A DNA stretch of 64,000 bases from Bacteroidales bacterium (GTDB lineage Bacteria > Bacteroidota > Bacteroidia > Bacteroidales > UBA932), in contig JAFTGA010000049.1 of the NCBI GenBank assembly GCA_017458145.1, positions 746 through 64,745 on the forward strand, given 5' to 3'. The notes beneath the pieces were generated by a model that saw only the letters and a list, made by a program, of their open reading frames with translations, made no database searches and had not been told where the DNA came from. Position numbers and translations under genes: made by a program. Positions 38,760 to 48,992 of the stretch are shown piece after piece (the first letter of the stretch is position 1; every line of letters begins with the position of its first letter).

Positions 38760-39770
38760 ATGAAGACGAAGAACGTTGCCCTTGCCCTCGCCAGCGGCGG
38801 CCCCAGGGGGTTCGCCTACATCGGCGCCATTGAAGTGCTGCAGGAACGCGGCTACACCGTCACGTCCGTGGCCGGCGCTTCGGCCGGCTCGCTGGTCGGC
38901 GGCATCTTTGCGGCCGGCGGGCTGGAACCCTTCAAGCAGTGGCTTTATGGCCTGGATCCGGTCAAGGTGGTCTCCCTGATGGATTTCACGCCCAGCAGGA
39001 ACTACCTGGTCAAGGGCGAGAAGGTGATCGACGCCATCCGCCAGCGCGTGCCCGACGTGCGGATCGAGGATCTGCCGATCCCCTTCGCCGCCGTGGCGAC
39101 GGACCTGTTCACGGGCGAGGAGGTGGTCATCCGCGAGGGGCCGCTTTTCGACGCCATCCGCGCCTCCATCTCCATTCCGTCGATGTTCCGCCCGGTCCGC
39201 TGGCAGGGACGGACGCTGGTGGACGGTGGGCTCGCCAATACCTTTCCGCTGAACCGCGTGCAGCGCAGCGGCGACGACATCCTGGTCGGTTTCAACGTGA
39301 ACCGCATTGACGCGGAACAGATCAGCAGTTTCCTGGACACGCGCCGCAGGATCGCCAGGCGCGAGGACGCCCTCTATGAGGAGGCGCAGTCCAGCCTCAA
39401 GGACACGCTCTCTTCCGGCGACTCGCTGCTGGGCAAAGTCCGGTCGGTGCGCGAGATCGGAGGCCAGTTCATCCGGGAACGCATCGCCTGGGGGCGCCGG
39501 GAGCGCGAACTGCTCACCGCCGGGCGCGAAGGCCGGCTGCCCGTCGCCGCGGATGACAACTACGTCAGCATCCTGCAGCGCAGTTTCGGGATCATGAACC
39601 ACACCATTGCGCAGCTGGGCATCGCGCTCTGTCCGCCGGACATCCTCGTGAACCTGCCGTTCGACTCCTACCACGGAGTCTATGGCTATTCCCGTGCCGG
39701 GGAGATAGCCGAAAAGGGCCGCGCCCTGATGAGCGAGGCCCTGGATCGTTACGAGGCGCAGCAGGATTAA
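38760..39770 (+). CDS. Patatin-like phospholipase
   Basis: SGGPRG, GASAG, DGG. Confidence 0.9.
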   Translation: MKTKNVALALASGGPRGFAYIGAIEVLQERGYTVTSVAGASAGSLVGGIFAAGGLEPFKQWLYGLDPVKVVSLMDFTPSRNYLVKGEKVIDAIRQRVPDVRIEDLPIPFAAVATDLFTGEEVVIREGPLFDAIRASISIPSMFRPVRWQGRTLVDGGLANTFPLNRVQRSGDDILVGFNVNRIDAEQISSFLDTRRRIARREDALYEEAQSSLKDTLSSGDSLLGKVRSVREIGGQFIRERIAWGRRERELLTAGREGRLPVAADDNYVSILQRSFGIMNHTIAQLGIALCPPDILVNLPFDSYHGVYGYSRAGEIAEKGRALMSEALDRYEAQQD

Positions 39771-39773
39771 TGG

Positions 39774-40400
39774 TTATTCGGACTTCCTGATATAGTCGAA
39801 GACAATATCCGCGGCGTCCTCTCCGCTCAGCTTGTCCATGTTCAGGACCAGGTCGTAGCAGCGGGCGTCGTAGCGGCTCGTCCCGGAGAAGTGCTTCGTA
39901 AAGTTCTCCCGGCCGGTGTCCACGCGTGCGATGGCCTTGCGCGCATCCTCCTCGGAGAGGCCCTGGCGCTCCATGACCCGCTGCACACGGTACTCCAGCG
40001 AGGCGTGGATGAAGAGGGACAGCTTGTTCGGGTGGTCCCGGAAAATGAAATGCCCCGTGCGGCCCGCCACGACGCAGGATTCCGCATCCACGATCTCGGT
40101 CAGGATCTGTTTCTCGACGCGGAACAGCTTGTCCGCCGTGACGAGGCCGAAATCGTCCGAAAGGTCCAGCGTGGGGGCGGGGACAATGGCGTCGCAGAAA
40201 CTTGTCCACCAGTTGTGTGGACGGCCTTTTTCCTTCTCGATCTTCTCCACGGGGATGTTGAAATGCTTGATCAGGCCCTCGATGACGGCTTTGTCGTAGT
40301 AGCGTACGCCCAGGCGTTCTGCCAGCAGGCGTCCCAGCGTCCTGCCGCCGGAACCCAACTCACGGTTGAGCGTGATCACGAATTGTTGGTCGGTCTTCAT
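39774..40400 (-). CDS. Cytidylate kinase-like family protein
   Basis: VITLNRELGSGG, SCVVAGR, YDLVLN. Confidence 0.85.
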   Translation of the reverse strand: MKTDQQFVITLNRELGSGGRTLGRLLAERLGVRYYDKAVIEGLIKHFNIPVEKIEKEKGRPHNWWTSFCDAIVPAPTLDLSDDFGLVTADKLFRVEKQILTEIVDAESCVVAGRTGHFIFRDHPNKLSLFIHASLEYRVQRVMERQGLSEEDARKAIARVDTGRENFTKHFSGTSRYDARCYDLVLNMDKLSGEDAADIVFDYIRKSE

Positions 40401-41191
40401 AACTGTATGTATCTTCTTTGTAATACCTGCATATCTGTCCGGGTGATGCCGAGCAGTTCGTTCAAGTAGCCTTGCAGCGATCCCCATTCTTTTTCAATCA
40501 GATCGAGTGTGCTGCAGAAGTTCTTGGTGCTCACGCCCATGAAAGCGCGCACGACGTCCTTCTCCTTCTCGCCGCCGCCCATCGCTTCCACTTCGCGGCA
40601 GAGGCGCTGCACCAGCGGGGCGTATTCGGTGTTCGAGCGGTCGAAGTCCGCCACGATCGTCTCCCGGTCCGCGCCGACGGCTCCAAGCAGGAAAGCGGCG
40701 CCGATTCCCGTGCGATCCTTGCCCTGCGAGCAGTGCCACAACACGGCTCCGTCCGGCGTCTCCAGGATCATGTTCAGGAAGGCGGCGTACTGGAGCTGCG
40801 AAAATTCGCTCAGCACCAGGGAGGGGTAGAGTTCCCGCGCCTTGCGCTGGAAGCGCTCCTCGAACGACAGGCGGACAATCTGCCGGGGCAAGTCCAGCCA
40901 GGTCTCCGCCGGCACGGCGTCGCCGGTGGCACGCTCGGCCTCCTGGTCCAGGGTGGGAAGCAGGATATGCTCCGCGCCCGGGATCTCCCGGTCCGGCATG
41001 GCGCTGGCTTCTGACAGGGTCCGGAAATCAAAGATCTTGCGCAGGTGGTACTCTTCAGCGAGCCTCCGGACATCGGCGTCCGAGGCTTCGGCCAGGTGGG
41101 CCGTACGGAGCAGGCGGCCCGGCCTGATGATGCCGCCGCCCGCCGGAAGACCGCCCAGGTCCCGCACATTGACGATGCTGTCGAACTGCAT
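40397..41191 (-). CDS. Tyrosine-protein phosphatase (IphP/Y_phosphatase3-like)
   Basis: NVRDLGG, HCSQGKDRTG. Confidence 0.9.
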   Translation of the reverse strand: MQFDSIVNVRDLGGLPAGGGIIRPGRLLRTAHLAEASDADVRRLAEEYHLRKIFDFRTLSEASAMPDREIPGAEHILLPTLDQEAERATGDAVPAETWLDLPRQIVRLSFEERFQRKARELYPSLVLSEFSQLQYAAFLNMILETPDGAVLWHCSQGKDRTGIGAAFLLGAVGADRETIVADFDRSNTEYAPLVQRLCREVEAMGGGEKEKDVVRAFMGVSTKNFCSTLDLIEKEWGSLQGYLNELLGITRTDMQVLQRRYIQL

Positions 41192-41262
41192 AATTGCAAA
41201 TATACGGCAAAACGGGCGGAAATAAAAACAAAAAAGCCTCGCAGTCATTCTGCAAGGCCTTG

Positions 41263-41350
41263 CGGAGAGACAGGGATTCGAACCCTGGAACCGCTTTGGA
41301 CGGTCACACGCTTTCCAGACGTGCCTCTTCAGCCACTCGAGCATCTCTCC
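41263..41350 (-). tRNA. tRNA-Ser(GGA)
   Basis: GGAGAGA/TCTCTCC acceptor stem, CTGGAAA anticodon loop, long variable arm. Confidence 0.96.
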
Positions 41351-41420
41351 AAACGGGACTGCAAATATAGGAAACTTTTTTGAAAAAATACTACCTTTGT
41401 CTTTAATTTGAGACAAAGAG

Positions 41421-42125
41421 ATGAAAAAGCGTTTTCTCATCCTCCTGCTTGCCCTCGTCCCGCTGGCCGCATCCGCCCAGCGGAGCGATCTTGGAGACAA
41501 CCGCCTCATCCTGGTCACCAACGGCACGGGCACGGTGGACTTCGCCGTGCTCGGCCATGTCGGCTACGGCTTCCACATCGTGACGCAAAGCGAATTCGAA
41601 CCGCGCGGAGTCCTGTGCGGCGAGCTCTTCGTCAACCTGGTCAAACTCTCCCTCGCCCCGCTGGACAACCTGGGCGTCGACCTGGGCATCGATTTCAAAT
41701 ACAACCATTTCAACGCCAAGAAAGCTGCCTTCATGCTGGATGCGGAGCACAAGGTCCAAGCGGTCCCCTTCGCCGATTTCGCCGGAGGAGATGTCTCGCG
41801 CAATTCCGCCCGGATCAACATCCTGGGTTTCAGCGCTCCCCTGCTCGTCAAGGGGGTGATCAGCGGACTCGCGGTCGGCATAGGCGCGGAGGTGGGGCTC
41901 AATGTCTGGGGAAGCGTCAGGGACAGTTACCAGCTGGGAGAACGACGCTACAGCGTCATGGAACCGAATGCGCGGGTGAGCACCTTCACCTACGGGTTCA
42001 TCGCGGACGTCTCGTTCTACGGCCTGAGCATTTATGCCAAGTTTTATCCCCGGTCGATGCGCACACTGCAGGAGGGCAGCACGGCACTCCACTACTGGAC
42101 CATCGGCGTCGCTTTCGGATTCTAA
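41421..42125 (+). CDS. Outer membrane beta-barrel protein
   Basis: Signal peptide; C-terminal IGVAFGF. Confidence 0.72.
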   Translation: MKKRFLILLLALVPLAASAQRSDLGDNRLILVTNGTGTVDFAVLGHVGYGFHIVTQSEFEPRGVLCGELFVNLVKLSLAPLDNLGVDLGIDFKYNHFNAKKAAFMLDAEHKVQAVPFADFAGGDVSRNSARINILGFSAPLLVKGVISGLAVGIGAEVGLNVWGSVRDSYQLGERRYSVMEPNARVSTFTYGFIADVSFYGLSIYAKFYPRSMRTLQEGSTALHYWTIGVAFGF

Positions 42126-42150
42126 AATTAATTGACTATATTTGTAGGAT

Positions 42151-42879
42151 ATGGAAAAGAAACTCGTCATCATCCCTACCTACAACGAGATCGAGAACAT
42201 CGCCAAGATCCTCGGCGCCGTGTTCGGCCTGGAGGGCGGATTCCATGTCCTGGTTATCGACGACGGCTCCCCCGACGGGACCGGTGCCGCCGTGAAGGCC
42301 CTGCAGCCGGCCTATACCGGCAGACTGCACCTGATCGAACGCAGCGGCAAGCTCGGACTCGGTACTGCCTACGTGACCGGGTTCAAATGGGCCCTGGAGC
42401 ACGGCTATGACTATGTCTTCGAGATGGATGCCGATTTCTCCCACAACCCTGCGGACCTGCCGCGGCTGCTCGCCGCCTGCACCGAGGGCGGAGCGGACAT
42501 GTCCGTGGGCTCCCGCTACTGCGACGGCATCAACGTGGTCAACTGGCCGCTGGGGCGCATCATGATGTCCTACTGCGCCTCGCTCTACGTCCGGACCGTG
42601 CTCGGATTCCGGATCTACGACAGCACGGCCGGTTTCGTCTGCTATTCCCGCAAGGTATTGGAAACCATCAACCTGGACGAAGTCCGGATGAAAGGCTACG
42701 GCTTCCAGATCGAACTCAAATACACGGCCCGCAAGCTGGGCTTCCGCATCGCCGAGGTCCCCGTGATCTTCGTCAACCGCAAGGAGGGCACCTCCAAGAT
42801 GTCGGGCAGCATCTTCGGCGAGGCGTTCTGGGGCGTGTTGGCCCTGCGCTTCCGCAAAATCCATCCCGCATCGAAATGA
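42151..42879 (+). CDS. Polyprenol monophosphomannose synthase-like GT2
   Basis: IIPTYNE, IDDGSPDGT, EMDADFSH. Confidence 0.92.
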   Translation: MEKKLVIIPTYNEIENIAKILGAVFGLEGGFHVLVIDDGSPDGTGAAVKALQPAYTGRLHLIERSGKLGLGTAYVTGFKWALEHGYDYVFEMDADFSHNPADLPRLLAACTEGGADMSVGSRYCDGINVVNWPLGRIMMSYCASLYVRTVLGFRIYDSTAGFVCYSRKVLETINLDEVRMKGYGFQIELKYTARKLGFRIAEVPVIFVNRKEGTSKMSGSIFGEAFWGVLALRFRKIHPASK

Positions 42880-45011
42880 AAGAAATCTATATCCAGCACA
42901 TCGCCGGCCTGCTGAACTTGAAGGACTGGCAGGTAGAGAATTGCGCCGGGCTCTTCGAGGACGGCGACACCATTCCCTTCATCAGCCGCTACCGCAAGGA
43001 AAAGACCGGCGGCATGGACGACGTGGAAGTGGCGGAAGTGCGCCACTGGGTGGACGTGTTCAGCGAGATGGAGAAGCGCAAGGAGACGATCCTGAAGACC
43101 ATCTCCGAAGCAGGCGCCCTGACGGATGCGCTGCGCCTCAGGATCGAGAACTGCGTCTCCTCCACGGAGCTGGAAGACCTCTACCTCCCCTGGCGGCCCA
43201 AGCGCCGCACCCGCGCCACCGTGGCCAGGGAACTGGGGTTGGAGCCGCTGGCGGACTTGATGTGGAACGTGAAGACCCGCCTGCCAGAGCAGGACGCCCG
43301 CCAGTTCGTGAAAGGCAAGGTCGCGGACACGCAGGCCGCCCTTGCCGGGGCGCGCGACATCATCGCGGAGCGCCTGAGCGAGACCGCCGTGATCCGCGAG
43401 AACCTGCGCGGCATCTTCCGGCGCCGCCGGGTCACGACCGCCGTCACCAAGGCCGGACGTGACAGCGCCGAAGCCGCCAAGTACCGCAACTACTTCGACT
43501 TCAAAATGCCCCTGGACCGCATCCCGTCCCATAATCTGCTCGCCATCCTGCGGGCCGAAAACGAAGGCTTCCTCAAAATCGGCATCGACGCGGACGAAGA
43601 GAAATGCGGAGCCAAGATCTACTATGATTTCTGCCAGGAGCACGGCTATCCGGCAGGACCGCTCGCCGACCAGATCAAGGAAGCCACCGCAGACGCGTTC
43701 AAGCGCCTGCTGGAACCGTCCATCAGCGGCGAGGTGCTGCGCGAAGCCAAGGAGAAGGCCGACCGGGAGAGCATCCAGGTGTTCGGGGAGAACCTGCGCC
43801 AGCTGCTGCTCAGCGCCCCCGTGGGCCAGAAACGCACGATGGCGATCGACCCGGGCTTCCGCAACGGCTGCAAGATCGCCTGCCTGGACGAACAGGGCAA
43901 GCTGCTGTACCATACGATCATCTATCCCCACCCCCCGCAGAACGACAAGGTCAAGTCCATCATGGCCGTACAGCAGATGCTGGACCGCTACGGGATCCAG
44001 GCCGTCGCCATCGGCAACGGCACGGCTTCCCGCGAGACGGAGGACTTCCTGAAGCGCATCCACCTTCCGGAAGGATGTAAAGTGTGGACGGTCAGCGAGG
44101 ACGGTGCCTCCATCTACAGCGCTTCTGAAATTGCGCGCGAAGAGTTCCCGGACGAGGATGTGACCGTACGCGGCGCCGTGTCCATCGGCCGCCGCCTGAT
44201 GGATCCGCTCGCGGAGCTCGTCAAGATCGACCCCAAGAACCTCGGCATCGGCCAGTACCAGCACGACGTGGACCAGGCGCTGCTCAAGGAGAAACTGGAC
44301 AATACCGTGGAGAGCTGCGTGAACGCCGTGGGCGTCAATCTCAATACGGCCTCCCCTTACCTGCTTGCCTACGTGGCGGGCATCGGCCCCGCGCTGGCCG
44401 GCAATATCGTCGCGTGGCGAAGTGAGAACGGCGCTTTCCGCAGCCGTGCGGACCTCAAGAAGGTCCCGCGCCTGGGCCCGAAGGCCTTCGAGCAGTGCGC
44501 GGGCTTCCTTCGCATCCGCGGAGCGGAGAACCCGCTGGACAACTCCGCCGTACACCCCGAATCCTACGGCATCGTGGACCGGATGGCAGCGTCGCTGGGC
44601 GTCACCACGAAGGAACTGGTGGGCAATGCGGAGCTCTGCGCGAAAATCCGGGCACAGGAGTTCGTCACGCCGCAGGCCGGCCTGCCGACCGTGAACGACA
44701 TCCTCAAGGAACTCGCCAAGCCGGGTCTCGACCCGCGCGAACAGGCGGCCGAATTTGCCTTCGCCGAGGACATCCACACGATCGATGACCTCAAGGTCGG
44801 GATGGAACTGCCCGGGATTGTGACGAATATCACGAATTTCGGGGCCTTCGTGGACATCGGCATCCACGACGACGGCCTGGTTCACGTCTCGCAGATGGGG
44901 CCGCGCGGCACGGATCCGACCCGAGTGGTCAAACTGCACCAGCAGGTACGGGTGGCCGTGACCGCCGTCGATCTCGACCGTGGCCGGATTTCTCTCCGCC
45001 TACTGAAATAA
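42876..45011 (+). CDS. tex: Tex family RNA-binding transcription accessory protein
   Basis: FISRYRKE, IDPGFRNGCK, GIGQYQHD, C-terminal S1 domain. Confidence 0.93.
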   Translation: MKEIYIQHIAGLLNLKDWQVENCAGLFEDGDTIPFISRYRKEKTGGMDDVEVAEVRHWVDVFSEMEKRKETILKTISEAGALTDALRLRIENCVSSTELEDLYLPWRPKRRTRATVARELGLEPLADLMWNVKTRLPEQDARQFVKGKVADTQAALAGARDIIAERLSETAVIRENLRGIFRRRRVTTAVTKAGRDSAEAAKYRNYFDFKMPLDRIPSHNLLAILRAENEGFLKIGIDADEEKCGAKIYYDFCQEHGYPAGPLADQIKEATADAFKRLLEPSISGEVLREAKEKADRESIQVFGENLRQLLLSAPVGQKRTMAIDPGFRNGCKIACLDEQGKLLYHTIIYPHPPQNDKVKSIMAVQQMLDRYGIQAVAIGNGTASRETEDFLKRIHLPEGCKVWTVSEDGASIYSASEIAREEFPDEDVTVRGAVSIGRRLMDPLAELVKIDPKNLGIGQYQHDVDQALLKEKLDNTVESCVNAVGVNLNTASPYLLAYVAGIGPALAGNIVAWRSENGAFRSRADLKKVPRLGPKAFEQCAGFLRIRGAENPLDNSAVHPESYGIVDRMAASLGVTTKELVGNAELCAKIRAQEFVTPQAGLPTVNDILKELAKPGLDPREQAAEFAFAEDIHTIDDLKVGMELPGIVTNITNFGAFVDIGIHDDGLVHVSQMGPRGTDPTRVVKLHQQVRVAVTAVDLDRGRISLRLLK

Positions 45012-45878
45012 ATCCTGCACGAAATCGACGTAGAAGTCGATCCAGTTGTACCATTCGTGTCCGCCTTCGGCGATGACCGTCTTGTGCGGATACCCTTTGC
45101 GGGTGAGGCGTTTGTCGAAGAGCAGGATGTGCGGATAGAAGAAGTCCGTCTTGCCAATATAAATGTTGTAGGCGGCAGGAGGATCGGCGAACTGCCGTTT
45201 CAGCCGCCACCACAGGGCGTCGTAGACATCATCGTGGCGCTTGGCGGCAATGGTCGGATGCGTATAGGGAGAGAACAGCCCGACATAGTCGAACACGTCC
45301 GGATGTCCCGCCGAAAGGTACAGGGCCTGCAGCGCTCCGCTGGACATCCCCGCCAGGGCGCGCCCGCTCTTCTGCGGGACCGTCCGGTACAGGCTGTCCA
45401 CCCGCTCCACCACATCGTGCACGAAATGGCGCTCCACTTCTCCGTCCAGCAGGAAGAAGGCGCGGAGGGCGTTGACGGCATGGCCATCCTTGTAGTCCTT
45501 GTCGCTGAAATAGTTGTTCACGTTCGGAAGCACCAGGATGAAGTCCTTCGCCTTGCCGGAGAGCTGCAGGGAGTCCAGGCGCCGAAAGACATCGGCGCTG
45601 TCGGCCCAGGTGATCTCGTTGCCGCGCGCCCCATGCAGCAGATACAGCACCGGATAGCGTTTCAGCGTGTCCCGGTAATAATCCTCCGGCAGGTAGACGA
45701 CCATCCGGCGTTCGCTCAGGCGCGGCTCGCTGCTGGGATAGCGCACGGCCTCGATAATGCCCCGCTGGCCCGTGCGGGCCTCGATATCTGCACTCTGCGG
45801 GCCGCGGACATAACGCGCCGCCGAGCAGGAACAAAGCAGCGCAGCCAGCAGCAGGCAGCCTATGGGATGTTTCATCAT
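45000..45878 (-). CDS. Esterase (CE1-like) lipoprotein
   Basis: YPVLYLLHG, AGMSSG, GGHEW. Confidence 0.85.
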   Translation of the reverse strand: MMKHPIGCLLLAALLCSCSAARYVRGPQSADIEARTGQRGIIEAVRYPSSEPRLSERRMVVYLPEDYYRDTLKRYPVLYLLHGARGNEITWADSADVFRRLDSLQLSGKAKDFILVLPNVNNYFSDKDYKDGHAVNALRAFFLLDGEVERHFVHDVVERVDSLYRTVPQKSGRALAGMSSGALQALYLSAGHPDVFDYVGLFSPYTHPTIAAKRHDDVYDALWWRLKRQFADPPAAYNIYIGKTDFFYPHILLFDKRLTRKGYPHKTVIAEGGHEWYNWIDFYVDFVQDLFQ

Positions 45879-47026
45879 TTCTTTTCGGAAAGGGCCTGGC
45901 GGAACATCGCAATCAGGGCATCAATGGTTTTGTCGTTCTTGTATCCGCGTGCGGAGTCTGCATAGCGCTGCGCCATCCGGTTGCGCTCCTCGGGATGCTC
46001 GATCCACCAGTCAATACGTTCGGCCAGCGCCCGGCTGTCCTGTACCGGATAGCGGCTCTCGGGAGTGAGCGCAAAAACGGACGTGCCGATCAGTTCGCCC
46101 TCCGCAATCACGGGGACAAGCCCCTCGCGCAGGGCCTCCAGGCAGGACAGACCTTCCACCTCCACCCATGCGCAGTGGACATAGAGATAGGACTTGCGGG
46201 CCAGTGCGGCCAGTTCCTCGTGCGAATAGAATCCGAAGGTCGCCGGGATCTTCAGGATGCCTTCCGCCTCCAGGCGGCGCGCCATTTTCCGGTAGCGCTT
46301 TTCCTTGGGGCCCCGGCCGGCGAAAATCAGATGAATCCGGTCGGCATAGCGGCTGTAACGCATCGCCTCGAGGAGCGTATTCTGCGATTTCTCGGCGGAC
46401 ATCCGCCCGATGCACAGCACGTCCACGACCGGAGAAGGCGTCACGGATGTGGCCCGGACCGGCTCATCGGGGATGTCGATGCCGTTGGAAATCACGTGCA
46501 GACGCGCCTTGAAGCGGTGACTGCTCAGATAATCACGGACCACGGACGTCGGGCACTGGATGTCCGTGCAGTGGTTAAAGACGAGCCCCCGCCAGTTGTC
46601 CAGCAGGAACGGGGTCACGAAATTCCGTTTGGGGAAGCCGAGGTTGGCAAGGACGTTCTGCGGGTACAGGTGGAAGGTGCCGGTGAGGGTCTTGCCCATC
46701 TTCCGCGCCATCCGCACGACCACGTTCTCCAGCGGCATCGCTTCCTGGATGTGGACGATGTCGGCCCACTCGAGGGCTTCCGTGATTTTCGTCCGGTCGA
46801 TCTGGGCGTAGGCAAACCCGTTGGCATAGATGATCGGCTCAAAGATCGGGAACTTGAAATGCCCCAGCGGGAAGTCCGGCTGCGGACCTTCGGGATCGGG
46901 GTTGCGCACCGCCATCAGACGGGCGTCCACCCCATGTTCCCGCAGTTTGCGCATGGTATTGTGGATGGAAACGCTCAGACCGTTTCCGGGGTTATAGGCA
47001 TTATTGCAGACAAACAGAACTTTCAT
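45875..47026 (-). CDS. GT4 glycosyltransferase
   Basis: HVISNG, GRMSAEK, EVEGLSCLEA. Confidence 0.88.
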   Translation of the reverse strand: MKVLFVCNNAYNPGNGLSVSIHNTMRKLREHGVDARLMAVRNPDPEGPQPDFPLGHFKFPIFEPIIYANGFAYAQIDRTKITEALEWADIVHIQEAMPLENVVVRMARKMGKTLTGTFHLYPQNVLANLGFPKRNFVTPFLLDNWRGLVFNHCTDIQCPTSVVRDYLSSHRFKARLHVISNGIDIPDEPVRATSVTPSPVVDVLCIGRMSAEKSQNTLLEAMRYSRYADRIHLIFAGRGPKEKRYRKMARRLEAEGILKIPATFGFYSHEELAALARKSYLYVHCAWVEVEGLSCLEALREGLVPVIAEGELIGTSVFALTPESRYPVQDSRALAERIDWWIEHPEERNRMAQRYADSARGYKNDKTIDALIAMFRQALSEKK

Positions 47027-47082
47027 TCCATCACTAATAAGTGTGCAAAGATACACAATTCTCCCGACAATCCTCCACGTAA

Positions 47083-47156
47083 GCCGAAAACGGACAGGTG
47101 GTGGCGTCCCGGATGCATTTTGTAGCATCCGGGACGGCAGTCACCTGGCCGTCGGC
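47083..47156. repeat. Long GC-rich intergenic hairpin
   Basis: Core CGTCCCGGATGC/GCATCCGGGACG, extended by CAGGTG/CACCTG, ACGG/CCGT and GCCG/CGGC. Confidence 0.75.
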
Positions 47157-47278
47157 GGAAAGGACTGACAGATTATCCCGGATCAAGTCCGAAACAAAAG
47201 AAGAAAAGCCGAAGGAGGAAGGCTTATTTCGCGTTCCGACTGAGGCGCAAAAAAGCAATCCGAAATTTTATAAGAAAA

Positions 47279-47322
47279 CTCCTATAATAATTAGGAGATA
47301 TAAAAAAATATGTCTATATTTG
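47279..47322 (+). promoter_or_regulatory. Candidate BlaI operator and promoter
   Basis: CTCCTA-N7-TAGGAG at 47279-47297; TATATTTG at 47315. Confidence 0.6.
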
Positions 47323-47342
47323 CAAAAGAAAACCAATAGGAA

Positions 47343-47711
47343 ATGAAAGCAAGACTCACTGCCAAAGAAGAAGAAATCATGCAGATCGTCTGGGCGAACG
47401 GCGACCTGTTCATCCGCGACATCGTGGCCCGGATCCCGGACCCGAAGCCCTCATACAACACCGTGGCCACCCAAGTGAAGTTCCTGGAAGAGAAGGGATT
47501 CCTGAAGCGCAAGGCGATGGCCAACAGTTTCTGCTACTCCCCCGCCATCAGCGAAAAGGAATACCGCGGCAGTACGGTGGGCGAGCTGGTCGCACGCTAC
47601 TACGACAACTCCTACTCCCTGCTCGTGTCCCAGTTCGTCGAAGACGACAAGATGGACCTCGAAGAGCTGAAGCAACTGATCGCCACCATCGAAAACCAGC
47701 GCAAGGCATGA
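47343..47711 (+). CDS. BlaI/MecI/CopY repressor
   Basis: LTAKEEEIMQIVW, PSYNTVAT. Confidence 0.92.
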   Translation: MKARLTAKEEEIMQIVWANGDLFIRDIVARIPDPKPSYNTVATQVKFLEEKGFLKRKAMANSFCYSPAISEKEYRGSTVGELVARYYDNSYSLLVSQFVEDDKMDLEELKQLIATIENQRKA

Positions 47712-48955
47712 CCCCGTTCCTCTTATATATGGCGCGCGCCAGCCTGTATCTGGCCATCTTCTACGCCTTCTACCTGCTGGTGATGCGGCGCACGTCGCTC
47801 TTCCGCTTCAACCGCGCGGCGCTGCTGCTCGGCACGGTGCTCTGCCACCTGCTGCCACTGCTGCGGCTGCGCACGGTCATGCTGCCCGAGGTAGCGCCGA
47901 TGTCTGCAGCGATTCTGGCGCAGGAAGCCGCCGTCCCCGTTTCCGCGACTGCGGCAACACCTTTCCCCTGGCTCTCGGTCCTCTATTTCGCGGGCATCGC
48001 CGCGGTCCTGCTGCCCTGCCTGTTGTCCGTCCTGCGGACGCTGCGCATCATCCGCGCCGGAACCACCGTCCCCTGCGAGGGCTGCCGCCTGACGCTCGTG
48101 GACCGCGACGTCCCCTCCTTCAGCTGGGGCCGACGGGTCGTGATGAGCTGCAGCGACTATGAGAAATACCCCACCATCCTGGCGCACGAGCAGCAGCACA
48201 TCCGCTGCCGCCACTCGCTGGACGTGGGACTGTTGACGGCGGTCGCGGCGCTGCACTGGTTCAACCCGCTGGTGTGGATCGCACGCGCGGAGCTGCGGCT
48301 CCTGCACGAATACGAGGCCGACGAGGGCCTGCTCAACCAAGGCATCGATGCTACTCAATATCAATTACTTCTGGTGCGGAAAGCCGTGGGAGAGCAGCGC
48401 TTCTCCCTGGCCAACGGCTTCAACCACGCCAAACTCAAACAACGAATCAACATGATGCAGCACAAACCCACCTCGGGCTGGATGCGCCTCGCCTACGCCG
48501 CGCTCCTCCCCTTCCTCGCAGGGACGATGTTCCTGTGCAACCCCGCCCGGGCGCACGTACAGAATCCGGCACAGTCCTCCCGCGGGATCATCGCCGTCGA
48601 TGACCTTGCCGCAATGCCGGATACCACGGGCCGGACCGTCCCTTTCAGCCTGATTGAGCAGAAACCGACCTTCCAGGGCGGCGACATCAACGTCTTCTCC
48701 AAATGGGTCTCCCAGCACTTGAACTATCCTGAAGATGCCAAGAAAGCCGGCATCCAGGGCCGCTTGCTGGTCGCCTTCGATGTCTGCGAGGACGGCGCGG
48801 TCCGGAATGTCCAGGTTCTGCGCGGGGTAAACGAGTCGCTTGACGCTGAAGCTGTCCGGGTCATCTCCTCCTCTCCCAACTGGGAACCCGGCCTCCAGGA
48901 CGGCAAGCCTGTCAAGGTCAGCGTCCAGTTCCCGGTCATCTACCAACTGAAATGA
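47708..48955 (+). CDS. BlaR1-like M56 peptidase with TonB C-terminal domain
   Basis: HEQQH, WFNPLVW, HEYEAD; LDAEAVRVI..WEPG. Confidence 0.9.
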   Translation: MTPFLLYMARASLYLAIFYAFYLLVMRRTSLFRFNRAALLLGTVLCHLLPLLRLRTVMLPEVAPMSAAILAQEAAVPVSATAATPFPWLSVLYFAGIAAVLLPCLLSVLRTLRIIRAGTTVPCEGCRLTLVDRDVPSFSWGRRVVMSCSDYEKYPTILAHEQQHIRCRHSLDVGLLTAVAALHWFNPLVWIARAELRLLHEYEADEGLLNQGIDATQYQLLLVRKAVGEQRFSLANGFNHAKLKQRINMMQHKPTSGWMRLAYAALLPFLAGTMFLCNPARAHVQNPAQSSRGIIAVDDLAAMPDTTGRTVPFSLIEQKPTFQGGDINVFSKWVSQHLNYPEDAKKAGIQGRLLVAFDVCEDGAVRNVQVLRGVNESLDAEAVRVISSSPNWEPGLQDGKPVKVSVQFPVIYQLK

Positions 48956-48992
48956 TCCGACTCTCAACAACTTACATTTCAACTCGTTGATA

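Noticed and set aside
41263-41350. Integration at tRNA-Ser
   Set aside because: No integrase, 3'-end duplication or GC shift seen nearby.
47343-48955. BlaI/BlaR1 as beta-lactam resistance
   Set aside because: The M56-TonB_C form is common in Bacteroidota; no penicillin-binding sensor domain or beta-lactamase is present.
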